A stretch of DNA of 64,000 bases from the human T2T-CHM13v2.0 reference genome, Homo sapiens: assembly GCF_009914755.1 (NCBI RefSeq), contig NC_060944.1; one strand, written 5' to 3'. The translations under genes were made by a program, and so were the position numbers. Below, one piece after another: positions 14,385-30,569 of this stretch (the stretch's first letter is position 1; each line of letters starts with the position of its first letter). Under the pieces are notes generated by a model. It saw nothing but the letters and a program-made list of their open reading frames with translations, was not told where the DNA came from and ran no database searches.

Positions 14385-16017
14385 TCATTTTAATATGCTT
14401 TAAATAAAAGGGTGGTCAGCCCTGATTTCACATGGGATGTATTCACTATGAGGCTGAATCACTCCTGTCCTTTATCATGCCGCCTATGTCTGTCCCAAGA
14501 ATGTTGCCAAAGAAAGTAATACTGGTGACTCCCAGTGTCCTGGAATTTCTCAAAAGTTTTTCACAGAACCATACTTCCGACAGCTGAATTGTTTGGAAAA
14601 TAATTGGCATGCTACTTACTGAATTACAGGAGAGTCTATCTGAAATTAAACTTGAAATCAAAACGAAAGCCTTTACGGGATTCCAGCAAAATCTGAAAGT
14701 GAGATCAAAGGCAGTGAAATGTGTAATTACATCACCCAAAAGCTTATTTTCAATAAATAATTTGGACATGTGAACCTACTAAGTGATAAATGCTAATCAC
14801 ACATTCACTCATTTAAGTTCTAAATTCAATCTGAAACAAGCGAGATTACATTTTTAAACATTAAAAATTTATTTATAGACTTAAAGTTTATAACTTATTT
14901 ACTTTCTAAATTATATTGAGATTATTTGCAATAATTTTAAAAATAAGATTTTTCTTCCTAAAATGCCAATAGAATCCCTTGGAGAAATACGGTAGGTACT
15001 ACCTGAGAAAATTCAGGGTTACATTATTAATGGCAAAGTGGTAGGGAAGTATAATTTGGGGAGAAGAGTGGGAGAGGGAAAAAAGTTTATGGATAGATTA
15101 TCAGCAGTGACTGCCATGGGAGGGTTATGGAGCTATTCCAGAACAGTCTTGGCCCAGCTGAAGCCCCATATCCTGTTGATTTCTGATTAGGACATACTCC
15201 ATGTTTGCTCACCCATCGTGAGTCAGAATCAAGTTTTGTCATGTGGTGGATGGGATCCATCTTTACAACTTGAATGCCACATATTGCACCAACTACCCTT
15301 TTTATACATGGGATTTAATGTGTAACTTTTGGATCAACCTAATGATTATACAACTTTGTTTACTTTGTATTACATGATTAATTATGACATAACAGAAGTG
15401 GGTTGAAATTCTCCCACTACTAGAGTGCCATATAATGTAACAATTTAAAACATAGTCCCTGGAACACAACTGCCTGAGTTCAAACCCTCACCTGTGTTGC
15501 TCTGAAAAAATTCCGTAACACCAGAAACTCAATATTTTCATCAATAAAATTGGAAGTAATAAGCAGTGATTAAATGTATGAACTCTAAAACAAAATGCCT
15601 GATTTTAATGTTGGCATTTTCTACTTATATTCTGTGTGATCTAAAACAAATTACTTAATTTGTTGCCTATGCCTGAATTTTCTGATCTATAAAATGACAA
15701 TAATAATAGCAATATAGCCCAATCAGTTCTTAAGTAAAGACTAAATTATATACTATTATATACCTAATTGCTTTTCCAAAAGATTGTTAAAAATTGCCCC
15801 TATTCTTGGGTACTATCAGTTTTATTTTTAACAGTCTGATAGAAAAATCAACTGAATTTTAAAAATAACCCTGACTGGATGAACTTTTTCTCATAGATAT
15901 AATGCCCATTTTTAACATTTATTCAAAATCTTTGCAATTCTGTTTGTTATTAACGTTTCCTTGTAATTTTGTGGAAACTTGCTATATGTGAAGAGTATTT
16001 CATCTTTGTCTAATTTT

Positions 16018-17760
<1,743 letters not shown>

Positions 17761-18584
17761 TCTACAGATTTTGCCTTAATGAGGAACAGAGTTATGTTAC
17801 AGTAGGTGGAGGGTGTGTGACATCAGTAAAGGATTTTTTTTTAATGGGAGAAATTAAAGCATATGCTTTCTATGGAAAGGATTTAGTTGAGAAGGAAAAA
17901 CTGCTGGTGAAGAAAAGAGATGGAAGGAAAGCTGAGCTTTTCCCTGAGGGGTTGAAAGAGAATATCATCTACTAAAAAAGTAGAAATATTTGCTTTGGAT
18001 ATACAGACAGAAAATTATTAGAAATAGGAGAGTAAACAGGTACTGATATTGATAAGTAGGTATTTGTGGAGGTGGGAAATTCTGCAATTTTCGCTCTGAG
18101 TTTTTCTCTTTTCTCAAGAAAATAGGAAGCAAAGATTGTCAACTGAATGTGAGTTTAGGGCTTGAGAATAAAGGAAAAGTTGTAAACAGAGACCTGGATT
18201 AAGTAGGAGAGTGAAAATCTAGGAAAATACAAAATGACTGATGAGCAAAATAAAGACCCATTTGAAGTTAGTGGCAATAAATTTGAAGCAAAACCCATCA
18301 ATATAGCTTTTTTCTTTCCAGTATTCATCTGCCTAGTGCAGGTGTATAGTATAAGGAGTGATGGATTTAATGGAAATTGGGGTTTTGAATAAAAAGGAAA
18401 GAGATGTCAAGGAAGTTATGATTGGCTTTGGAGTTTATCTGGTAAAAGAAGGAAGCGAGTGAGATTTTGTAACGGTAAGATTGATGATAGATAGATAGAT
18501 CCTAGTAGTGGTCAAGGGATGTTTAGGGTTTGGGCATTTTGCAGCTGTAAGATGGAAATAAATGTAGAGATTAAAGAGTAATAC

Positions 18585-19130
18585 ATATTAATAGTTCATG
18601 AATGTGTAACAACCTATCCTAAAATTTAGTTGTTTAAAAAAAGCAACCATTTTAGTATTATATCTCATGATTTGCAGGTCAGAGATTTGGGCAAGACTTA
18701 GCTAAATGATTCTTCCACTCCGTGTTGTGTTGACTGTGTTCATCTGATGGCTGTCCTCATCTCAGCCAACTCCAAGACAGCTCAGCTTACATTTCTGGTG
18801 CCTTAATGGACTTGGCTGGAAGGCTAACCTCAGCAGGACACTCTTCCATGTGGCCTGAGGTCCTCTACAGGTGGATTCTGCAGAATGGCTCTTAGCCTTC
18901 TTAGATGGTAGCTCAGTGCTCCAAAGTGAGTGTTTCAAGAAACATAAAGTGGAAGCTGCCAGTCTCTTAAGGTCAGGTCCTGGAAAGTGATACAACTTTA
19001 CTTCTGTTGTATATTAGTGGTCAAAGCAACCAAAGGACCTGCTGAGATTCAAGGGAAAGGGAAGTGTACCTCACTTCTGATAAACAGAGTACTAACTGTA
19101 TCAAAAAATCTATGTCCATATTTAATCTGC
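18585..19130 (-). mobile_element. MLT1 (ERVL-MaLR) LTR
   Basis: tgtaacaacctatcctaaaatttagttgtttaaaa...ggaagctgccagtctcttaagg, MLT1F/H-like. Confidence 0.7.
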
Positions 19131-19699
19131 TATCGCAGTGATCTGGACTTCTTGTGGTAGGTGACAGAAATAGAGTAAAAAATTTCAGTGCAATTAATGT
19201 TGATAGCCTCAACATAGAAAATGGAGGCAATGCTATGAGTGTTCAGGGATTGAAAAGATGAGGGTCTTTCCAATGGCAGATAGAGTTCTTGGGCTTCTTC
19301 TTGACCTTTCCTGAGGAAAGCAGGGGACCTGGGAGAGGTGTAGTATTACACTAAAAAAGCTGTACTGCCTCTTAAAAATCTGCCATCAGAGGATTTGGAT
19401 GATACTTTATATGTTGAAACTATTTGTGTCTCTATATCTATCAATTAACTGTGCTTACCTTCTACCTATATTTTGTTGTCATATCTTATTGTATTTTATT
19501 TGGCTTCATTTGTTCTTAAATATAGTTCAATTAATTCCTTCTTTCACTTATGGACTGTATTTATTATTATTTATATTTATATTTTCCCCACTCTACGATT
19601 ATAAAAATTACTAAACTGTATTTTCTTCTGGTACTTGATAGTTGCTTTAAAAATGTTAAGTATAACAAAAATTAAGATATACAACACAAGTTATCATAT

Positions 19700-22600
19700 A
19701 ATTTTGGAGTAATAAGTATGGCCAGTTCCCCAAATGAGCATTTCATTCTCTGTCCTAATCATCCCTCTTCAGCTATCCACTATCCTGCTGCTGACGGCAA
19801 TCTCTGCCTTGGTTTTGTCTATAATTTTGGCACCTAAGCATGCATCTCTAAACTTTATGGTTTTCATATCCCCGTGTCTGTGTGCGCATATGCATGCATG
19901 TGATATGTGTAACTTTAATGTAATAATTTGTTTTGTGCTCTTTTGTGACCTGTTAATTTCACACAAAATTGTGAAAGTCTTTTCAACTTTGCAGCCTGGG
20001 TTCATACATTCTCACTGCAGTGTGTATTATTTTGAATGAATATATTACAATTAACTTATGCAATTGTTGACATGCATTTGGTTTGCTTTCAGTTCAGAAT
20101 TATGAATAATAATATGAATTTTCTTGGTGCTCATGTGCATGCATTTCTGGAGTGGTATTGAAATGGGTCTAAGTTAAACATATCTTCCATTTGGTATCTG
20201 AACATCAAATGCTGTCCCATTGTAGGTGTACTGATTCACACTCTCACTGCCATGGGGTAGAAGTGCCTTTCCACCATATGCTCCAACCAAAATGACCATG
20301 AGTCATTTTCATTTTAGCCCTTCTGTGTGTCACAATGTCTCACTGTGGTTTTACTTTGCACTTCTCTGATTACTAATGATGTTAAGGCACACTTTCATAC
20401 ATTCATAGACCATTAGGATATTTTGTTTTGTGAGGTTTATTGTCAATTTTCTGCTAGGTTGTGGCTCTTTTTCCTGTGGATTTATATGACTTTTTCATAT
20501 ATTCAGGAAACATTCCCTTTGTTGAATATGTATTCTTTTTACATAGTCAATTACATTTATCTTTCCCTTTATTTTTAAAGAAAACATCCTTTTACCAAAG
20601 CCATGAATATACTCTCCTGTATTTCCATCTAAGAAGATTTATTGTTTGGCCTTTTACATGTACAACCCACATAGAATTAATTTTGTGTGTGATGCTGATG
20701 TCGATTAAACTTCATTTTTTCTGTATTGATATGGACTTTCCCAATTCAACTCATTTTCCCAATTCAACTAAATGAATTTCAGTTCAATTCCCCTTCTCCA
20801 TTGCTCTAGAGTGCCAACATTTTTGTAAATCAAGGGTCCGTATCTGTGAGTTTGTTTCGGGGTCTGTGGTACTGGTCTATCATTTTAGTTAGGTGTAATT
20901 AGTAAAGCTTTTAAAACAAGTATTTATATGTGGTAAATCAAGTCTCCCCACTTCTTTTTTTATAATAGTGTCTTAACTAATCTTAGCCCTTTGCATTTCA
21001 AAATAAATGTTATAATCAACTTGTTAACATATAGCACATTTTTAAAATAATAACTATTATGATTTTGCCTGAGAGTGCCTTGAATCTCTAAATCAATTAC
21101 TATGAGAATAATTGACATATTTATATGCTGAATTTTCTAAGCACGATCTTTTTCTCACATTTATTAACTATTCTTTGACTTATCTCAGCAATGATTTATA
21201 ATTTTCTATGTAGAAGTCTTGCACATCTTTCTCAATTGTAGTCTAAGGTATTTGATATTTTCACTTCATGTAAATGGCATCTTTTTCATTTTATTTTTCT
21301 GTTTGTGGCTTATATACAAATTGCAATCATCTTATATCCAGAAACCTAGTTAAATTTGCTTATCAATTTAATTAATTAATCTTTGGATTCTATTGGTTTT
21401 CTACATTCAAAATTATATTACTCAAATAAAGACAATTTTATGTCTTTCTTTCCAATGCTTTGACCTATTTTTAGCCATCCTCTTGTGTGGACCCTCCATG
21501 TATCATGTTCAGGAAAACTTTTGCAAGCAGACTGGTCATCTTGCTTCAGGGTCCATCCCAATTATACAGCTTCCAACATTTACTATTAACAGTGTTTGCT
21601 GTTCATACACATATATATAAAGTTCCTTTCTCTTTCTAATTTTCTAAGGGCTTCCATCATTAATATATACATTAAAATTTATTCAACCCCTTTTATTAAA
21701 TAGTAAAATTAACATTTTTTTCCTTTATTGTTACTATTGATATTTACATTTATGGAGTTCAAATGTTAAGCCAAACTTGATTTTCCAGAATAAAACACAA
21801 TTATTGTGATGTGATACATTACCCTTTAATTTTGTTTTTTCACTGAGCTTTTAATTACGACTTTTGCTTCTGTGTTCATGCCTGGGATCCAACCTCTAAT
21901 TTTCTTTTCTTGTTATGTCCTTGTCCACTTTTGATATTAAAGTTATGCTGATTGCATAAACTGAGTCACTAAGTTGGGAAACATCCTTTTTCTTTCTTTG
22001 AAAGAGTGTAAATGTTTTATTATTTATGTTTTTAGTTGTTTGTTTCTAATGAATGATAAAATTCTCTGGGGAAACCATTGGCCTGGAGTTTTCTTATGGA
22101 AATATTTTAGTCATATTTGCAATGTCTTTAGTAGTTATAGGACAGTGGGGTTTTTTTTCTGTTCATTTTTCTACAAACTTATAATGTGTCATTTCCCAGG
22201 AATTTGTTATTTCATATGATATTTAAATGTATATAGTATCCATGTCTTATTTTATTATCCACAGAATATATTGATTTATTCTATTTAGTTGACATTTGTT
22301 ATTTGTGCCTTTTCACTTTTGTTTTAATTAGTCTTGTAACTGGTTTATCAACTGCATTAAATCTTTTTAAAATATCATTTTAGATTAGCTTACTTTCTCT
22401 ATTTTGTATCTGTTTTCTAGTTTGTTGAATTCTGCTCTTACTTCTATTATTCCCTTTCTTGTACTTTATTTCTGATATATTTTGCTAATTTCTAAGATGG
22501 ATACTAAATTTATTGATTTACTTTCTTTTTTCCAAAATATTCATTTAAAGCTATATATGAACTTTTAATTATTACTTCAGAAATATCCTATATACTTAAC

Positions 22601-23090
22601 CTTGTATTAGATCAACTTTGCTCATCATATTTTTCAAATTTTCTTCATGCTTGTTGATTTTTTATATGATTACCTTATCAAATGCTTCTAGGAAGGTACT
22701 GAAATATCCATTATAATTGTGAGTATGCTTACTTTTTCTTGTAGTTCTAAGGCCATGTTTCAGGTGAATACAGTTAAAATTTTTCACAATTTCTCATGCT
22801 AGAAAGTTTATCAATGGAAATTATCTCTCCTTATTTTAGGTAAAGTTTTTGTCTCAAAAAGTACTTTGTATACGTTTTTTCTGATTTTAATATAACAAAC
22901 CCTGATTTATGATCTATTCTTTTCCATTATCTTAGTTTCAAACCTTCTGTATTTCTATTGATTTTCTCCTTAAGTGGCATTTAGTTGGTTTTGCTTTTTT
23001 ATTTTAATCTAGTTTCAATATAGATATCTTTTAATTAGAGCAAGTTGTCTTGAATTCTACTTTTTCGATTAGTGTTATTATAATTTTTCC
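19700..23090 (-). mobile_element. Ancient L1M (3' UTR plus ORF2) remnant
   Basis: T-rich reverse L1 motifs, e.g. cactgtggttttactttgcacttctctgattactaatgatg and tagaagtcttgcacatcttt. Confidence 0.75.
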
Positions 23091-23109
23091 TATAATTTTC
23101 TTGCATTGT

Positions 23110-23475
23110 TGTATTAGTCTGTTCTCACACTGTTAATAAAAACATACCTGAGACTGGGTAATTTATAAAAAAGAAAAAAGAGGTCTAGGACTCACAGTTC
23201 CACATGGCTGGGGAGGCCTCACAATCAAGGTGGAAGACAAAGGAGAAGCAAAGTCATGTCTTACATGGTGGCTGGCAAGAGAGCTTGTGCAGGGGATCTC
23301 CCCTTATTAAGCCATCAGATCTCATGAGATTTATTTACTATCACAAAAGCAGCACAGGAAAGACCCACCCCCATTATTAAATTACCTCCCACTTGGTCCC
23401 TCTCATGACAAGTGGGAATTTTGGGAACTACAATTCAAGATGAGATTTGGGTGAGGACTTAGCCAAAATGTATCG
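23110..23475 (-). mobile_element. THE1B/C solo LTR
   Basis: tgtattagtctgttctcacact...caagatgagatttgggtg; 5-bp TSD attgt on both sides. Confidence 0.92.
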
Positions 23476-24385
23476 ATTGTCAATTCCTTCTCTTAATTTT
23501 TATTCTTTTTTCTTTGTTGTTTTAACTTAGATGAGACGCTCAAAAATCAGCATATGAGAGTCTCAGATATTTTTGGTCAGGTAACAGAGAAATTTAATAT
23601 AGTTCCATGTATTCTCATTAATGTTCTTTTCTTCTTCCATCACATTATAAACTCAGAAAATGTTTTGATTGATTTTTAAAAACTGCTACAAGTACTAAGA
23701 TCAGGACATAATTTTCTCGCACTCACATTGACTTTGAAGCATGATAACCTAGTGATTTTGAACCAATTAGACATAGCATAGGGCTCAGCAAAGAAATTAT
23801 GTAATCATATGGTTTGTTATTGATGACATGGAGGACCAATGTGAGCATGTGACAGGTGTGCAGCTGCCCACCATCATACAAACAACCTTCCCAACTGGGA
23901 GTCAAGAATGTGCTTTTTCAGCTGCCCCTGAAGATAAGACACAGAGGGAGCGAGGTTTCACAGAGCAGATGCACCAAGGAGATGACTTCCATTCACAAGA
24001 ACGCAAAGTTAGGAAGGAAGCACCAGAAATAATACATTATTTATAGAAGACATGAAGGATGGCAAAGTCAGTTCCCTTGGGGAAATGTCTAGCATCATCT
24101 CTTAGCATCCTGGATGTGAGTTGCTGGTGTCTGGGTTTCAGCAGTGGGTTATTTGTTGTAGCAACTCTTATGTTTTTTGTAAGTTTTTCCTGGATATGTA
24201 GCTCCTATCTCTGATCATCTAGCCCTCTTGGAAATTCTCTGAGCTATCAAATATCCTAAATACCCTTTCTGTGGAAGCCACTCAAAATGGGTTGTCTTGT
24301 TTGTCACTAGAAACTTCAGCTGATATAAGTGAACGGAAGCAAATAGGCAGCAAGATCTGCATTTCAGACCATAAGCAAAGGATAA

Positions 24386-24762
<377 letters not shown>

Positions 24763-24936
24763 TACTTGCATTATCTTAATGAAAAATAATTGTTTCTTCT
24801 AAAACTGTTACTTCTGGTTTTGCTGAGAATGCTAATCACTTAAAAATGTAGATGAAAGAAAAAAATAAGTTAGTGAAGTTGTGTGTGGCAGTAGATATGT
24901 TGAATTTAACAAAATATGTTTAAAAATTATGCAGGA

Positions 24937-25148
24937 AAAGATTTCTCAGCCTTATCACTATTGATATTTTGTACAAGCTAACCTTTATTGTGGGCAGCTG
25001 TCCTGTGTGTGTGGTGTTGAGCAGCATCCCTGGACTCTGTCCATTCAATGACAGCAGAGCTCTTACCAACCAAACACATCTCCACACATTACCAAACCTC
25101 ACTTGGAGGTCAGAAAGGCAAAATTGCCCCCCTGCTAATAACCACTGA
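24937..25148. mobile_element. MER20 hAT-Charlie MITE
   Basis: tttctcagccttatcactattgatatttt...agcagcatccctggactct...ggcaaaattgccccc...aaccactg. Confidence 0.8.
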
Positions 25149-26799
25149 TATCGAATGGTAAATATATGACAAGAATGCTGTCTGCTGCCCTTCCCATGCA
25201 TATCAGAATTATTGATAGTGCTTCCCAGCACTATTTTCTCTTGAATCTGATTTGACTCAGAACCCTTCTCCACACAGCACTGTATGCAGTTACCATTAAT
25301 TAGGAGGAGCTGGAGTGTAAAACAAAACCCTATGGATATCCCTATTGTTGTTTACTCCTTGGTGAATGTCCGACTTTCCCAACTCCCAGTTCTGTGCTGT
25401 ATACTCCTGCTAAATCAAAATTTGTCTGGGATCCAAATTTCTAACTCAAGTTGGAAAAGGAGTATTTAGGATTAATTGAAGGTGCAGTGGTTTGCCCATT
25501 ACTCATTCTGCTTCTCCTACATATTCAGGTAATGAATGGGTCCTGCAGAGAAAAGTTTCAAGATAGTGGCAATGTAAAGACAAATTAATTTAAGCTATGT
25601 AGCAGTGGACTCAATATAACTGAGGACTGTTTCCTTGGGAGTGTTTGAAGAGTCTGGCAGAAGGAAATAATATAAAATCCTGCAAGAAAGTCTTGCAGGA
25701 TTAATGATGGTAATTATTAATGTTAGCAGAGTGCCACCTCTTATAAAAACCTTATTACTTTTAATGTTTAATCCATTATTTAATTGTATAATAGACACCA
25801 GTTAAAATACATTTTAGTATGCTATATATATATGGACATCTTGCAGGTTTGTGAAACAAAGGTCTTTTTAAAGTACATCATCTTTAAATATTACCTTTAG
25901 TATCCCTTTAGAACATCCAAAGAGGTATTTTTGAAAGTTGGGAAAATAGATTTCTGCAAGTTGATCTCTTTATCCCTTTGAATATTTTATGGCATATTTG
26001 CCATTGGTGTGAAGTATGAAAAAAGAGGTATTTGGGGCAGACCTGCATTCTATATTAGACTCAGACTCAAATATAGTTGTCAAATAAAACATCATATACA
26101 CTACTTCTGTGGTTTGCGTAACAGAAATCATCATACCCATTGCTACACTATTTACAGGAATATTAACCTCTTGACTTAGTATGACAATTACATCATATTT
26201 CCTGAACAAATATTTATAAAAGTTGAAGTTTCTTCACTTCTTTTTACTTACCACTTGTTTTACAAGGGACATTTCACATCTCTGTGCACATAATTCTTTG
26301 CTTTATTTTCACTATGATCAATGCTCAATATATACTTCTATTTTTAATATCAAATCAATCAATCATTTGCACAAATCATCTGATAACTGACAAACTGCAG
26401 GTTTTCCAAGAGAAAGATGGCAGAAACCTGATCATAACAATCGTCACAAAGCAATTATCATCTGCCACTGCTGCTAACCTGGGCCAGTCATCCCTCTGTA
26501 TTGAACAATAACCAGAAGGACCAAGAGTTGACCTAGAACCAGTAGGAGGAGGTGGAAGGTCAATGGGTGATTGGGGAGCCAGCCTCATGCATTGCCTCCT
26601 GGCTTTTAGTCAAGGTGGCCTACTGAGCCTTAAGAGAGGATGAAAAAGAAGAGAAAAAATGACAGAAGATGGACTTCTTTGACTTGTCACCGGCCCTGGT
26701 ATATCCATAACTGATGAGAAGCACCTTTGGGTGTTAACACGAATATATTCTACATAAGACCCTCACTAACTAATTCCATGCAAATCAATTGAGTTATCA

Positions 26800-26855
26800 C
26801 TATATGTATTATATGTATATATTATATATATATTTTATATATATTATATATATAT

Positions 26856-26889
<34 letters not shown>
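26800..26889 (+). repeat. Compound (TA)n/(CA)n microsatellite
   Basis: Degenerate TA run followed by about 15 CA units. Confidence 0.95.
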
Positions 26890-26892
<3 letters not shown>

Positions 26893-27401
26893 GTATATTA
26901 TATTTGCTGAAAGAGATAGACAATCGTCCCTGACTTCTCAAAGGTGAAATTTTTGTGAATGATGTTTGATTGTAATGATATGTTTTGCATAAAGCCATGA
27001 GGGGAAAGGTAATTTCTCATATCATTGTATGTATAAAAAATTTCAAGAGAGAATTACAAAGGTATAAGGTTGTCAAATCCCAGAAAAGAACTTCAAAAGA
27101 TCCTTGTGGACAGTGTTCTCCAGTGTATATAGCATGTGTCTTACTGCCTGAGAGGGTCTTCAATTATGGGAAATAGTACTAAGGCTATTGGCTTAATAGA
27201 AAAGATAAAGATTGCTAGAATAAAATAAGTAAACCAGAAATCAAAATAAAGCATGTAAAACCAAAATGGAGTGCTGAAGATGGCAAGCAGAACAATGTGA
27301 CAATGTGAGAAAAAAGGAAAGTATGAATGAATAATCAATAAATTATACATGGGACACCACTTATGAAGAATACCTGAATCTTTCAACGAATAAAAGGAAG
27401 A

Positions 27402-27700
27402 GGCTGGGCGTGGTAGCTCACGCCTGTAATCCTCACAGTTTGGGAGGCCAAGGCAGGAAGATCACAAGTCAGGTGTTCAAGACCAGCCTGGCCAACATGG
27501 TGAAATCCTGTCTCTACTAAAAATAGAAGAAAAAATTAGCCGGGCATGGTGGCACACCTGTAATATCAGGTGCTTGGGAGGCTGAGACAGGAGAATCACT
27601 TGAACCCAGGAGGCAGACATTGCAGTGAGCAGAGATCATGCCACTTCACTCCAGCCTTGGTGACAGAGCAAGACTCTGCCAAAAAAAAAGAAAAAAGAAA
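27402..27700 (+). mobile_element. AluS SINE
   Basis: Full Alu with TSD aaaaggaaga. Confidence 0.94.
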
Positions 27701-28569
27701 AAAGGAAGAATTTTCCAAAAGTTAGCTATTCAGCAGTGGAACAGTTGGTCGGCTATAACAGTGTGCCACATTCAAGCAGAATCTAACTACAAAGTATTGT
27801 GGGAAGAGTTAATTATTTATACATTCTAAAATCCCTAACTTTAAAATTATATTATTACAACAAAATTCAATACACAGACAAGGGAGAACTAGTGTAGTCA
27901 TATAAAATGTGGGAAAATGCACTATTGCCCTTGTACAGGCAAAACATTTTCTACATTTTACCTTAATGTAAAATAGAAAATTAGGCTTTTTAATCATTTT
28001 TCTCAATGAGGTCAACCTACAAAGATGGATGACCCTGAAGTCAATTTTCTTAACAGCTAATCTAAGTTAAGCTCATTCCCTTGTATAGAAAATGGCAGTC
28101 TACTGAAAAATTCACAAATGCATGTTGTAATTAATGTATGAAAAAAGAGATGGACAATGATTAAGGCAATCAATGTGACTAGAATATGAGGCATCTCATT
28201 AATCATAGCCCAGACAGATTTCAACATTAACAAAATGCATCATCTTTAATTTCATAGTTACCTTCCAATCCAAATAGAACAAAACATACAATTAAGTCAT
28301 TTAAAATAGTTGGATTAGGTCATTGCGTTTTCTGGTCAAACCCTTTCCTTTAAAAGACAATGGATTTCTTCACAGGAAACTCCAGTTGGCAGGCCTGCTT
28401 TTGAATACTGCCCACTGGTTTTTGGATCTTTCCTAAATATTAGAAAAATGCCCAACTCTCCTAAAATAGTCATTTATTTTTGAGGTAGTACTCTTAGAAA
28501 ATAACATATAAGATTTTCCACTATTTCTAATCTTAAGCTTTCAACATTTTATCATGGCATACTTGCTAC

Positions 28570-30500
28570 TGGTTTTTTTTTAAGCTACACCTAATTGGAT
28601 TAAGGAAGTTCCCTTTTATTTCTGGTTTTTTAACAGTTTCTTTTACATATAGTTTGAATCTAATCATTCATGTTTTCTCATATCATCATATGATTTTCTC
28701 TTTTTGTTACTGTGGTGAATTGCACCTATTGATTTTTAAAATCTTTAACCGTTTATATATTATTAGAATGAAACCAATTTGATGATGATATGATTTTATT
28801 TCTGTAAATCACTGATTTTTAAAGATATTTTGTTTAAGATTTTCAAATCAGAGAGATTGGCCTGTAGTATTCCTTACATATATTGTCCTTGTCAGATATT
28901 GGATCAAGATGACGCTGGCCTCATGAAGAAAGCTGGGAAGTTGATGACTCTTTTCTATTCTCTGAAAGTTTATATATATGTATCTTTTTCTGTTATTTTT
29001 TTCCTTAACTATTTCATAAAAATTCACCAATAGTGAGATGTTACTATTTGAGAAAGCTGGATAAATTGCACATAGAATTCTGTAATTTTTTTTTACAATT
29101 TCATATATGTCTGGAATTAATTCAAAGTGAGATTTTATTTTGAATTCACTAGGGGAGCATCCGAGTCTGGAGTTGTCTCCTCACCTCCCCAGTAGGTGAA
29201 ATGTAGATTCTATTTCTTTAATATGTGTGGGGGTATTTAAATTTTCTCTCTTTTCTCTGTCAATTTTAGAAAGTTTTGTTTTCCTATAAATATTTTTTCT
29301 TCTATATTTTTATATTTATTAGGATAAAGTTGTTCATAATCCTATTTTGTTGTCTTGTCAATGTCTGCAGGATCCATAATGATGCCCCTCTTCATCCCTG
29401 ATTTTATTAGTTTTTTAAATGTCCTTTCTCTTTACCAGTCTTTCCAGTTAGGCATCATTTTATTTTTCCTCCCTGAAAACCATTTTTTGGCTTTGTTGAT
29501 ACTTTCTATTATATTTTTAAATTTCATCTATTTCAGTTTCTTCCCCCCATTTCCTTGATTAAATTTAGTTGTTGCTCTTTTTCTATATTGGCTTTAATTA
29601 CTCTTTTTTTTCTCTAACATCTTGTAATGGGTTCTTGGATTAATTTCAAGTGGTTCCTCTTATTTAATAAATGAATATAAATTTCCCTTCAACAATGACT
29701 TTAGCTGGATCCTGCAAGTTTTGTTATGTAATGTTGTTATTATAATTCAGTTCAAAATATTTTCTAATTTCTATTGTGATTATTTCTTAACCCCTAGGTT
29801 GTTTAAATAACATTTCTTAATATTTATGTTGCAGTTAATTTCTAGCTTAGTTCCACTATAGTAAATGGACATACTCTATATGGTGCATTATTTGAAATTT
29901 GTTGAGACTTGTTTTATGATCCAGGGTTTGGCCTATTTGGTGAATTTTCAATGTGTGTGGGAAATCGTGCACATGTATCAGTTGTTAACATAGTATTTTA
30001 TATTTACAAATTTGGCTGTTAACTTGGCATGATTAATTGTGTTGTTCAGAGCTTATGTACCCTTCCTGAATCTTGGTCCTTATGTTACTCTGAAAGAGAG
30101 GTGGTAAAATCTCCAAATATGATTATGGATTTTTCTTTCTCCATAAGATCTGTCAATTTTTACACTAATTATTTTAATACTATGAAATTTTATAGCTATA
30201 AGTTTAAAATTACTATATTATATCTTCCTGGTGATGTCACTAATCACCATTAAATATCTCCCCTTATCTCTTCTTTTTGCCCTGTTTGATACTAGTGTGT
30301 CTATACTAACTTTATTCTAGTTAATGTTTGTGTGATTTACAAACATTTTTCAGATGTTTTCTTTCACCCTTTCTGCAATTTTTAAATTTAAGGTTTCTCC
30401 TTTTACAAGTAACATTTTAATATTTATATTAGAGTATTTACAATATTCATATTGAATGGAAAATCTGATATATTTGAATTTCAACATTTTACTATTTGTT
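28570..30500 (-). mobile_element. Ancient L1M ORF2 remnant
   Basis: Minus ORF 28848-29030 contains FQRIEK..LPSFLHEASVILI (L1 ORF2-like); T-rich reverse L1. Confidence 0.75.
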
Positions 30501-30569
30501 TTCCAAATTGTGTCCCTTATATTTTTCCTTTCTCAGTTATTCATTCATTATTTGTATGCCAATAATATT

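Noticed and set aside
14446-14769. 107-aa minus-strand ORF
   Set aside because: No recognisable domain or convincing exon structure; length compatible with chance
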